A DNA stretch of 64,000 bases from an uncultured Acidobacteriota bacterium (GTDB lineage Bacteria; Acidobacteriota; Terriglobia; Bryobacterales; UBA6623): contig CAWDWB010000008.1 of NCBI GenBank assembly GCA_963805925.1, positions 3,073 to 67,072 on the forward strand, written 5' to 3'. Positions 10,432-19,233 of this stretch are shown here, piece after piece (position 1 is the stretch's first letter; the number at the start of each line of letters is the position of its first letter). The position numbers and the translations under genes are program-made. The notes under the pieces are model-generated. The model made no database searches, was not told the DNA's origin, and saw only the letters and a program-made list of their open reading frames with translations.

Positions 10432-11017
10432 ACCGAGATTTCCATTTTGGCCCAGTGGCCGTAAACAGAGTAGACGATCCAGGCCTGTCCTACAACGGTT
10501 TTTCGGGTTGTGGTCATTGGTAATTCTGCCGTCCGCCGCTGACGCCGGCGGCCAACCGCGGCCGATCGGAGCCATCAATCCACGGCTCCTTCGCCGTTGA
10601 GTTAACACTGGAATCAACCCAGCTCTATTGCCCCTCGGCCCGGCGCTCCGCCAGAAACGTCGCAACCGCCTCGGTGAATTCCGGCCTCGCGTTCGATGGG
10701 CGCAAGCGAAAACAACCCCGGAGCTATTGCATTATCCCCGCAGAAGAGAGTAATTGCCGGTCCAGAACTGTCGCCGTTATCCGCTTTGCCGTGCGTAATT
10801 TACTTGGATCATGACCTCAGTGCAAGTGTTTTTCAGCCCTGCACCATGTCTCAGTTCCTCTTCCGCACCGCCAGCGCCGCGAGTTGCCCCCGCTCTTCGT
10901 TCGACCTGAAGCAGCGACACGACAGGCGCGTCCAGCTCGTGGCCCGCTCGCCTTCCCTGATCTACTCCGACGCGCCGGGCTTGTTGTAGAAACGCACCGC
11001 CGGGCTGGAGGGCAAGC

Positions 11018-11374
11018 TCATGTTGGCGACGAGGAACCCGATGCGGGGGAACAGGGCGCCCAGAGCGCTGCGTTGGTCAGCAGACGAGCGTCGAATCGGA
11101 AATCCGGAATTGAATAGCCCCGCTGTATCGCGCCGTGCGCGCCTGATCGGACGAAATCATCCCCACGCGCGGCTACCCCCATGCCGAGGCGTGGTCCTCG
11201 GCGTACTGCCCGAAGGGTGCGAGGCGCTCGGCCGGTGATTGTCTCCACTCCCGATGAGACCTCGGCCGTGGCCCCCTGCGGCGAGAGGCCGAACAGCACG
11301 GCCAAGTGGCGCGCCAGGTCCGGGGCGACGCCGACGTCCTCCAGAGACTTGATGAAGCGATCTTCAGGCTCTGA
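11018..11374 (-). pseudogene. NmrA/SDR-like C-terminal fragment fused in frame behind the acylase remnant
   Basis: The tail of ORF 11018..11830 reads EDRFIKSLEDVGVAPDLARHLAVLFGLSPQGATAEVSSGVETITGRAPRTLRAV. This matches my recollection of NmrA-family C-termini (...AEVTDxVExLTGRPPRSFxxF). There is no N-terminal Rossmann part. Confidence 0.45.
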
Positions 11375-13131
11375 CGCCGGTCGTAGCGTCAACGTCGCCT
11401 CGACCGGGCCGGGAAGAAACGGCGTTGGGCGCCCTTGCTCCCAGTCGGTTTGACCGGCGCCGTAGTAGGGCGACAGCGGGTGGCCGCTTTGTCCGCCGGC
11501 CATGTGGAAATACCCGTGCTCTTCGTCTCCCGGGCTCACTGCGAAGCGCGGCGATGCGCCGAAGGCCGCGCCTTGGATGCGCGGCATGAACCGGCGGTCG
11601 CCCGGCAGTTGCACCGGCGGCATGTCGAGCCAGGAGCCCAGAAACGGCAGGCTCCGGCTCAATGGGTGGCGGAGGCGCACCGTGTGGTAGCGGCCCCAGG
11701 GGTGCTCGGCGAGCTCAGCCGGGGAAGTGATGTTTTGTTTTGCCAGAATCGTATCGAGGCTGGCGAGCTCGAACGCTCGCCACGAGTCGTGCCCCGGAGG
11801 AAGCAGGTGGGCGGGTTTCTGCGTAACCAAGGACCACGCCCAGTGCGGTACCGCCAGGACGGATAGGCGGCTTTGACCTCCGCGGTCAGCGCCGTCGCCA
11901 AATTTTCAATCAGTTGCGGGCGCCAGCTCGACACGAGGGTGTAACCGGCCGAATCCGCCGAGGCGTGGCCTTCCCAGTTGCGGATGGCGTCCCGCACTGC
12001 GCCGTGCAGCGGGTCGTCGTCGCCCTCGAGCAGCGTCAGGAAATGATCCCGCCAGCGGACCAGAAACAGGGCTTCGTCATCGAGCTGGATGCGCAGCATG
12101 TCGGCCGGCGTCGCGTTCTCGATCGGCATGAGGCGGTCGCGAATTTGCCGGGCGCGCGCGCCCAGCACGTAGCCGCCGTCGCCGATCTTTTCGAGCATCT
12201 CGCCATCGACGACGCGGTTGTTGGCCGTCCAGATGCGTCCCTGCGGCGGATCGAGAACCAGGGGACGCTCGTCGGGCGCCAGCCATCCGTCCCACGCCGG
12301 GCCGTCGCTAGAATGCGACACGAGGTCGTGGCGAAGGCGGCGCGGGATCAGCCCTGGTATCGTCCAGACGATGTGGCCCTCCGCATCGCCGGCGACCAAA
12401 TTGACCGTAGGTTCGCGGATCAGTTGCGGCGCGAGCATGACGAGCTCGGACACGTCCTCGGCGGCGGCGGCGGCCTGTTGCGTCGCGACGCTGCCGAAAG
12501 CAATATCGTCGCGCTGCGCGACACGCCGGACGTACGGCGTGCCGTCCGGCAACTCCCCCAGCACCGGCCCCCAGATCGTTCGGCGGATGGCGAGCTCATG
12601 CGGCTCCTTGCCCGCCACCTCGATCTGGGACGAAACGGTCTCGATTTCCCTCCAGCCGTCGGGCGTCCGGTAGCGGTTCGGGTCGTTGGGGTCCAAATCG
12701 AGCAGGATAAAGTCCGTCCAATCGCCATTGTCGGTGGTAGCGCTCCAGGCGACATGGCCGTTGCTCCCCAGTCCGACGCCCGGCAATCCCGCAATCGACA
12801 CTCCTGTCACACGTCGTCCGGCGCGCTCCAGTGACAGGCGGAACCAGACGGACGGCGTCCCTAAAGGAAGGTGCGGATCGTTCGCGACCAGAGCGCGTCC
12901 GGTCGCGGTGTGGGCCCCCGAGACGGCCCAGTTGTTTGAGCCCGAGGCCGGAGGCTCCGGAGCGACCACTCCGGTCTGCGGGACGCTTCTGCCGCGCAAA
13001 TCATAGACGTCGGCCGGGGGAATCGTGGCGGGCGGCCCCGGCTCTCCCGTCAACGGAGCCTCCCACTCCGTGACGGACGGATAGAGGAAGTTCACTTCAC
13101 ACGCGCCGGTCCAAGGCAGCAGTTCAATCAC
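11375..13131 (-). pseudogene. penicillin/cephalosporin acylase family (Ntn hydrolase, S45), 5-prime truncated and frameshifted
   Basis: 11659..13131 contains the beta-subunit N-terminus GSNNWAVSGAHTATGRALVANDPHL. The C-terminal part (HPWGRYHTVRLRHPL...GGQSGHPLSPYY) sits in another frame (11018..11830), with the frame change near 11835-11850. The alpha subunit and signal peptide are missing, and an unrelated gene starts at 13173. Confidence 0.75.
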
Positions 13132-13172
13132 TGAGTTTCCCGAGCCCCGAGTGCTCGGAAGTCAAGAGCCTG

Positions 13173-14163
13173 ATGCAGCCTGGTCCGATCGATTCCCTCA
13201 AGTCCCTTGGCTACACGAAGCGCGAGGCCGCATTCCTCTCGCTTGTGGCTCTTCACAGCGGCTACTTCCTGCGTCGCCAGTATCGGGCTTTCATCGGCTA
13301 CAGGGGTCACGTCGAAAAGCGGCTCCTCCGTCGGGCGGAGTCCTTCGGGCACGTCCGCTCCGAGGTCTACTCAAATCGAACCGGGCTCCACCACGTCTTC
13401 TCCCGCTCCATCTATCGTGCGATCGGCGATGAACACAATCGGAACCGGCGGGTTCGACCAAACCTCTCGATTAAGGCTAAACTGATGGCGCTCGACTTCG
13501 TCTTGAGCCATCCGACCCATCAATTCTTCGCGACTGAGCGCGAGAAGCTCGAGTACTTCTGCGGACAGGGCGCGGTTGACCGAGCGCTCTTGCCGGGCAA
13601 GACCTACTGGGGCGCCGACTGGCCAGACGCGACGCTACTTCATCGAGAAGTACCCAATCTTTCTGGACAGCACCGACGATCCAACCCCTCCAATCGCGTC
13701 GTTCTGCTACGTCGACGAGGGCGTCCTCTCGAACTCCGGCTTCACCAGTTTCCTAAAGCGCTACGGTCCCCTCTTCGCCGCCCTCGCACGATTTCGCCTG
13801 GTCTATGTCGCCGCCGAGCACCAGCCGTTCCGGAGGGCTGAGTGGGCTTTCGACCGATTTACGGAAGCTTTGGCGAACCCCGAAGCGGCCACTCCCGGCG
13901 GGCAGATGGGCGAGTACTTCCGCCTCCGTCGCCTATTCGAGACCCGCCAGTACGGCCAATTGAACAAGGCGAAGCTGGACCGCCTGCGAGATCTTTCGGA
14001 ACGCTTTCGGCAACCGGCGGGCGAGTCGCGGTTCCAGCAGTGGGCGAAATTTGTCGAGACGAAGACGCGGTTGGGCCGCATCGACGCACACTTCGAGGCC
14101 TACCGATTGCCCCACAGCTACGACATTTTCGGGACCCATCCCGGTCCGAGGTCAGGCGCCTGA
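13173..14163 (+). pseudogene. replication-relaxation-like (mobile-element) protein with a frameshift
   Basis: ORFs 13173..13841 and 13576..14163 join near 13620 (..GKTYWGAD / RRYFIEKYPIFLDS..). The N-terminus LKSLGYTKREAAFLSLVALHSGYFLRRQY...LMALDFVLSH resembles winged-helix replication-relaxation proteins. The family call is tentative. Confidence 0.45.
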
Positions 14164-14290
14164 AGGGAACACCTAATTGCAGCCGGTGCTCCCCTTTCGA
14201 ACACAGCCTGCCGCAATTCGCCAAGTTGCTAAGCCGTTCTTAATCAGCCACATAGAGGACGCCGCGAGCCCCATCCGGCCCTCGCGGCGA

Positions 14291-14385
14291 GCGCAGGGTG
14301 GGCGGGAGCGACCCCCTGTTTTGGGGCGCTGGTCCGCCCAAAACCGTCTCGGCTCCGCCTCGGGTCGCTCCCGCCCACCCTGCGC
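14291..14385. repeat. 24-bp perfect inverted repeat with a nested hairpin; candidate oriT
   Basis: GCGCAGGGTGGGCGGGAGCGACCC (14291-14314) is the exact reverse complement of 14362-14385. The 47-nt spacer contains TTTTGGGGCG...CGCCCAAAA. It lies between the relaxase-like gene and the coupling-protein remnant. Confidence 0.5.
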
Positions 14386-14568
14386 CAACACCATCCTTCG
14401 TGTCGACCTCGTCGACGACATCGGTGACGAGGCCGATGTCGACAGTGGCGTCATCACCGAGCGCGAGATCCGCGTCGACCACGACAACTTCAGCCTTGTC
14501 GACAACTCGCGCATTACGCGCGAGTCGCCGAAGTCATCAAGTTCCACCGAGGAGGACAGCCCATCCCC

Positions 14569-14787
14569 GTGATCGAACCCGAAGACAAACCGCGCAAGAA
14601 GGCGCTCTTCACCGCTCGCGTCAACCCAAGCGTCGTCGAGATGCTGCGCGCCTACTGCGAGCTCCTCAACAGCAGCAGCCAACACCACGTCGTCGAGCAG
14701 CTCAGGCGCTACGCCTTCAGCCGCGACAAGGAGTTCCAAGCTTGGCTCGGGCAGCATCCGCTCGACACACAAGAACAGCGTTCCTGA
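14569..14787 (+). CDS. small hypothetical protein of the ICE remnant
   Basis: 72-aa ORF (IEPEDKPRKKALFTARVNPSVVEMLRAYCELLNSS...) with strongly GC-biased third codon positions. Its GTG start overlaps the TGA of the upstream reading frame (GTGA), and it directly precedes the coupling-protein remnant. Confidence 0.5.
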   Translation: MIEPEDKPRKKALFTARVNPSVVEMLRAYCELLNSSSQHHVVEQLRRYAFSRDKEFQAWLGQHPLDTQEQRS

Positions 14788-14932
14788 ACGGAGGCCCCAT
14801 CATGCTGCGCATTCTCCGCGAACAGCCGTTGCCGCCGGCGTCTGGGGCTTCGGCCCTCTCCGCGTTCCCTTTCCGGCGACGAACGACGCTCGTCCTCGTC
14901 GCCGCGAACGCTCCCCCGTTGCCTGCAACGTC

Positions 14933-15770
14933 GTGTGGTTCACCAGCCCGATCCTCGCCAGCTCGTTCGCGCTGTCGTTCGTCTACATCTTCCGCTTGCG
15001 CCCGCGCGTCGGCATCGAGCGCATCGTCTTGCCGCGCTTTCCGGAACCGGCCCAACGCTCGGCGCTATTCCTGGTGTTGGGTGAGGTCCACAAAGAGCGT
15101 AGGCCCACGGCCGTCGATCGATCTCGCTGGCTCACCATGCCTCGCGGCGCGCTGTTCACCGGCATTGGCATCTTCGGCGCCGTCGGCAGGGCGGCAAGAC
15201 GACGTGCTGCATGTATCCCTTCGCCGAACAGTTCCTGGCCTACCGCCGCGACGACGCGCAGCGTCGCATCGGCGGCCTGGTCCTCGAGGTCAAAGGCGAC
15301 TTCTGCTACGGCGTTCCGCTAGATCCTCAGCAAGCACGGCCGCGAGGACGACTACATCGAGCTCAGCCTCGATTGCCCTACCGCTACAACCCGCTCTACG
15401 ACCTTGAAGCCTATGCGCTCGCCTACGGCACCGCGTCGCTACTCACCAGCCTCTTCGTCCGCGGCAAGGAGCCCTTCTGGCAGCAGGTCTACACCAACGT
15501 CGTCAACTTCATCGTCCTGCTGCACAAGTCGGTCTACGGCTACGTCACGCTCTTCGACGTCCACGAGTGCGCCATCAACCGGACCTTCTCACGCAACGCA
15601 TCGCCGAATGACAAGCGCAGTTCGAGTCCGGCGACTTCCTGCTTGTGGAACCGGTGGCTCAGTTCTTGCGGCAACTCTTGGCGAGATGCCCTTCTCGTCA
15701 TCAGCGAACCGCGATTCCTGAGATCGTTGAGACCGGCTGCCTCTTACCAAACAGGGGGCTGGCGGCGATC
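14933..15770 (+). pseudogene. type IV coupling protein (VirD4/TraD-like ATPase), multiply disrupted and 3-prime truncated
   Basis: Conserved-looking pieces lie in different frames: a TM segment plus GALFTGIGIFGAVG, then GGKTTCCMYPFAEQFLAY (frameshift inside the Walker A loop near 15188-15195), GGLVLEVKGDFC, and ILSKHGREDDYIELSLDCP preceded by an in-frame TAG (15320-15322). These are followed by YRYNPLYD...GKEPFWQQVYTNVV...YVTLFDV. The gene ends where the next HTH/integrase cassette begins. Confidence 0.6.
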
Positions 15771-15787
15771 AGGGACCGAAGGGAGTT

Positions 15788-16069
15788 ATGCGAATGCCAC
15801 AAATCTCGAATGCGCTGCCTCTTTCGCAAAGGAACAGCGGGGAGAATCCACGAAGAAACAGCGGTGCGCTGGAGCCCCACTTCACGCTTGCCGAGCTGGC
15901 AGCCAAATGGCATCTTGCTCGCTCGACGATCAGGGACTGGTTCCTCGATGAGCCCGGCGTGCTCCTGGTAACGCGCACGGGCAGACGTAACGGCAAGCGA
16001 ACGCTCACCAACATGCGTATCCCGCAGAGCGTCGCCGAACGCGTACACCGCAAACGCGTGCGCCCGTGA
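15788..16069 (+). CDS. small helix-turn-helix / excisionase-like protein
   Basis: Paralog of 3096..3344 (see that entry). Its stop overlaps the integrase start. Confidence 0.6.
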   Translation: MRMPQISNALPLSQRNSGENPRRNSGALEPHFTLAELAAKWHLARSTIRDWFLDEPGVLLVTRTGRRNGKRTLTNMRIPQSVAERVHRKRVRP

Positions 16070-17295
16070 CGAGTACACTGATGGCTGTGCTGACCCCCTA
16101 CAGGCGTCACACCTCGAGCTGCCCTCATCGCCCCAAAGGGCGCGACTGGCTCAAGTGCGACTGCCCGCTTTGGGCCCGAGGCACGTTAGACGGCCGCAAG
16201 GTCTATCGCAGCCTCAAGACGCGCAGCCTGAAGAAGGCTCTGCGTCTGGTTGCGGAGATCGAGGACGCCGGCGAGATTTGGACGATACCGCTCGAGGATG
16301 CTCTTGCGGAATGGATTCGCTCCAAACGGTTTCTCTCGGAAGGTTGCCTGCGCAAGTATCGCAAGGTCGAGCGCCTCTTCGCCGATTTCCTCGCCCGTTA
16401 CGAGGGCATCTCGAAGGTCAGGGATATCACACCGGAAGCAGTAGACCGTTACGGCGCCTGGCGCACCCTCTCGGCGCTGTCTTGGTCGAAAGAGCTGCAG
16501 ACAGTACGCTCGTTCCTCGGCTACTGCGTCGATCGCAATTGGTGCCGTTTCAATGCCGCACGCCGCGTAAAGCCCCCTCACGCGCCGAAGCCCCGGCGTC
16601 CGCCCCAACCCTACACTCCGGAAGAGATCGCGGCGATTCTGAAAGCCTGCGAAGAGTTTGGGCGCCAGAGCTACGAGCGTCTCCGGGCCAAGGCGCTCAT
16701 TCTGCTCTTACGCTACACCGCACTTCGAATCGGGGACGCCCTCCAGCTCAGCCGCGACAAGATACGGGACGGTTATCTAGAAATCCGGACCGAAAAGAAT
16801 GGGGAGCCTGTGCGACTGCCCGTCCCGAAAGAGTTGCTTTCAGCTTTGGACGCGCTGCCGCTTCCCAGGGGCGCTGCGGTCGGATGCCGCTACTACTTCT
16901 GGAACGGCGTCGGTTCCGTCCGAGCGCTCAAGAATACGGGCCACCGGATGCTCGACGCCGTCTTCCGGCGATCCGCGGTGCGCGACGCTCACAGCCACCG
17001 CTTCCGGCATACGCTGGCGACCGAGATGCTAGCGCAGGGAGCGACCTACGAAGACGTCGCCGCCGTCCTCGGCAACAGCCCGGCGATCGTCCGCAAGCAC
17101 TACGCCCGGTGGAGCCGAGGGCGCGAGTTGCGTCTCGCGTACTTTCTTGAAAAGGTGCACGGCGAAACCGCTTGGTGCAAAAGTGGTGCAGAGGCTAGGC
17201 CCTACCGGCCAAGCCACAGAAAAGAAAGGAGAAAGATTGGTGCGGAGAGGGGGACTCGATCTTTCGAGGCTCTTTGCGGAATCGTAAGTTATTGA
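16066..17295 (+). CDS. tyrosine integrase (phage integrase family), apparently intact
   Basis: 409-aa ORF containing LLLRYTALRIGD (catalytic Arg region), HRFRHTLATEML and AIVRKHYARW (Tyr region). The 3-prime end is uncertain because the ORF reads on through the tandem 11-mer and att-like copy 2. Confidence 0.85.
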   Translation: MTSTLMAVLTPYRRHTSSCPHRPKGRDWLKCDCPLWARGTLDGRKVYRSLKTRSLKKALRLVAEIEDAGEIWTIPLEDALAEWIRSKRFLSEGCLRKYRKVERLFADFLARYEGISKVRDITPEAVDRYGAWRTLSALSWSKELQTVRSFLGYCVDRNWCRFNAARRVKPPHAPKPRRPPQPYTPEEIAAILKACEEFGRQSYERLRAKALILLLRYTALRIGDALQLSRDKIRDGYLEIRTEKNGEPVRLPVPKELLSALDALPLPRGAAVGCRYYFWNGVGSVRALKNTGHRMLDAVFRRSAVRDAHSHRFRHTLATEMLAQGATYEDVAAVLGNSPAIVRKHYARWSRGRELRLAYFLEKVHGETAWCKSGAEARPYRPSHRKERRKIGAERGTRSFEALCGIVSY

Positions 17296-17299
17296 TTCT
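17238..17299 (+). repeat. att-like module copy 2
   Basis: The same 21-nt block TGGTGCGGAGAGGGGGACTCG (17238-17258) and the same core (CGTAAGTTATTGATTCT, 17283-17299), again starting 45 nt after the block start. The intervening 24 nt differ from copy 1. The core sits in the loop of a perfect 9-bp stem: GGCTCTTTG 17268-17276 pairs with CAAAGAGCC 17301-17309. Confidence 0.6.
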
Positions 17300-17500
17300 A
17301 CAAAGAGCCAGAAATGGCAGAAAGGCCCAAAACGCACCTCCGTGGCACATTTTTGGCACAGTAGATTCCGAGAGACTCCTACTGTGCCAGACCGCCGGCA
17401 CTACCTCGGTTCGACGGCGCCCGATCCCAGCGGTCGTTGCCTGTCCAGAACGCTACCGGAGTTTTAGGGACGTAAAATCGCTCTCGACCGGGGGTGCGGC

Positions 17501-18139
17501 ATGAAGGTGTGCGCCTACGTCCGCGTTTCCACCCCCGATCAGAATCCCGACCTGCAGCTCGTTGAACTTGCCGACTACGCCTCGCGCATGGGCTGGGAGT
17601 TGGTTGAGACGTACAACGACGTCGTCAGCGGTAAGAAGTCCCGCCGGCCGGGCCTCGACAAGCTGATGGCCGACGCGCGCCGACGCCGGTTCGACTGCGT
17701 CCTCGTGTGGAAGCTCGACCGCTTCGGCCGCTCGCTGGTCGATTGTTTGAACAGCATCCAGGAGCTGGAGTCCTGCGGCGTCCGCTTCATCGCCGTCACG
17801 CAAGGGCTCGACACCGACCAGCGCAATGCGGCCTCGAAGTTGCTGCTGCAGGTGCTGGGTGCGGCGGCGGAGTTCGAGCGGTCGCTGATTGTGGAGCGAA
17901 GCCGGGCCGGGCAATTGAGGTACCGCAAAGACTACGCGGCGGGCAGGGTCGGCAAGACGGTCGAGAGCCGGTCAGGGAAGAACCTGCCGCCGCATCGGCC
18001 GCGGAAGGTGTTTGACCGCAGGAAGGTGGTGGAGTTGAAACTGCGGGGGCTGTCGTTGAGAGCGATCGCGGAGGAAATGGGGATCGGGTTGGGGACGGTC
18101 ACGAGGACGCTCCAGGCGTGTTCCAAAAGCTGTGAGTGA
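17501..18139 (+). CDS. serine recombinase (resolvase/invertase family)
   Basis: 212 aa with the N-terminal catalytic motif YVRVSTPDQNPDLQ, then VWKLDRFGRS, and a C-terminal HTH (LSLRAIAEEMGIGLGTVTR). Confidence 0.9.
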   Translation: MKVCAYVRVSTPDQNPDLQLVELADYASRMGWELVETYNDVVSGKKSRRPGLDKLMADARRRRFDCVLVWKLDRFGRSLVDCLNSIQELESCGVRFIAVTQGLDTDQRNAASKLLLQVLGAAAEFERSLIVERSRAGQLRYRKDYAAGRVGKTVESRSGKNLPPHRPRKVFDRRKVVELKLRGLSLRAIAEEMGIGLGTVTRTLQACSKSCE

Positions 18140-18347
18140 GGTTATGGAACAGAGCGCCTTGTTTGCCGCGCGAGCGGACGACGAAAAGAAGCTGTCAGGG
18201 GGACACATGAAAGGACAAGGCAGGCGGCCTCGGTCTTCCTCATCCTTGAGCCGGCAGTCATAACCAAACAGTGATCCCCACCTGAATTCCACTACTGGCG
18301 GGGATGGCCGTTTTCTTTAAAGAGACTCCGCGGCCAGCCCTGTACTG

Positions 18348-18947
18348 CTACTCCTGGGCCGGCGTGGGCCGCCTTTGCCTGTACAGAACGTGTCTCCGGA
18401 GGGGATGTCCAGCCGGCAGCAACGGATGATCGAAATCGTCCGCTTCATCGTGCGTCATCCCGATCTTCTCCATTACTCGACGGGAACGCGTGTTCCCGGC
18501 CGAGGAGAACGAAACGATCTCGTCGAGCTGCAGGGTGTCGAAGGCACTCGCGAGCACGGCTCGCCCTCCCTCCGTCGCATAGCCTCGATTCCAATACCGC
18601 GCCGCGATACGCCAGCCGATTTCGACGCACGGCGTAAAGTGCGCTTTGAACCGGGGAATGGCCAGTCCTATGAACCCCACAAAAGGCGCAGTGCCCGGAA
18701 CCTCGACGGCCCACAGCCCGAAACCGTTCTCCTCGAAGCCAGCCTCAACGCGGGCGACCAAGCCGTCGCTTTCCTCACGCGACAGGACCCCGGGTAGATA
18801 CTTCATCACGCGGGGATCAGCGTTGAGTGCCGCAAAAGGCTCTCGATCGCTACGCCTCCACTTTCGCAAGAGGAGTCGCGCGGTTCTGAACTCGCTCGGA
18901 ATGGCCATGCCTCTCTTCCACAAGATATCTCTATGGCTCATCTCCAA
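18348..18947 (-). CDS. GNAT family N-acetyltransferase (RimJ/RimL-like)
   Basis: 199 aa with LRKWRRSDREPFAALNADPRVMKY, FGLWAVEV, EIGWRIAARYWNRGYATEGGRAVL and NTRSRRVMEKIGM. Confidence 0.85.
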   Translation of the reverse strand: MEMSHRDILWKRGMAIPSEFRTARLLLRKWRRSDREPFAALNADPRVMKYLPGVLSREESDGLVARVEAGFEENGFGLWAVEVPGTAPFVGFIGLAIPRFKAHFTPCVEIGWRIAARYWNRGYATEGGRAVLASAFDTLQLDEIVSFSSAGNTRSRRVMEKIGMTHDEADDFDHPLLPAGHPLRRHVLYRQRRPTPAQE

Positions 18948-19233
18948 AAAAATTGACTAGTCGGCGCCCATTCCATGAGAGAAACCAACTCGGGCGCCCT
19001 CGCGATGATGCTGGCCGATCTTTCAGGCCACGACTTACTCTCGCTAACAAACGGTGGCCGCGTGCTAGCGCCCATACTGTTGGAGCGTTTCCTGCCTCGG
19101 GGCCCGGACGCGCTGATGATCCGGGAGAACGAGCCTGGCGACTGTTCGATTTGGGCTTTCGGATCGTGGTCCCCGCAGGTAGAATGATTACCGAGTGCGA
19201 TAGGGCCTGCCCATAGGCCTGGACGAGCAGCCA

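Noticed and set aside
14298-15407. 369-aa + ORF rich in Ala/Arg/Ser/Pro/Thr
   Set aside because: It is a typical high-GC out-of-frame artefact. It overlaps the better-supported small ORF 14569..14787 and the coupling-protein fragments, which carry recognisable motifs in other frames.
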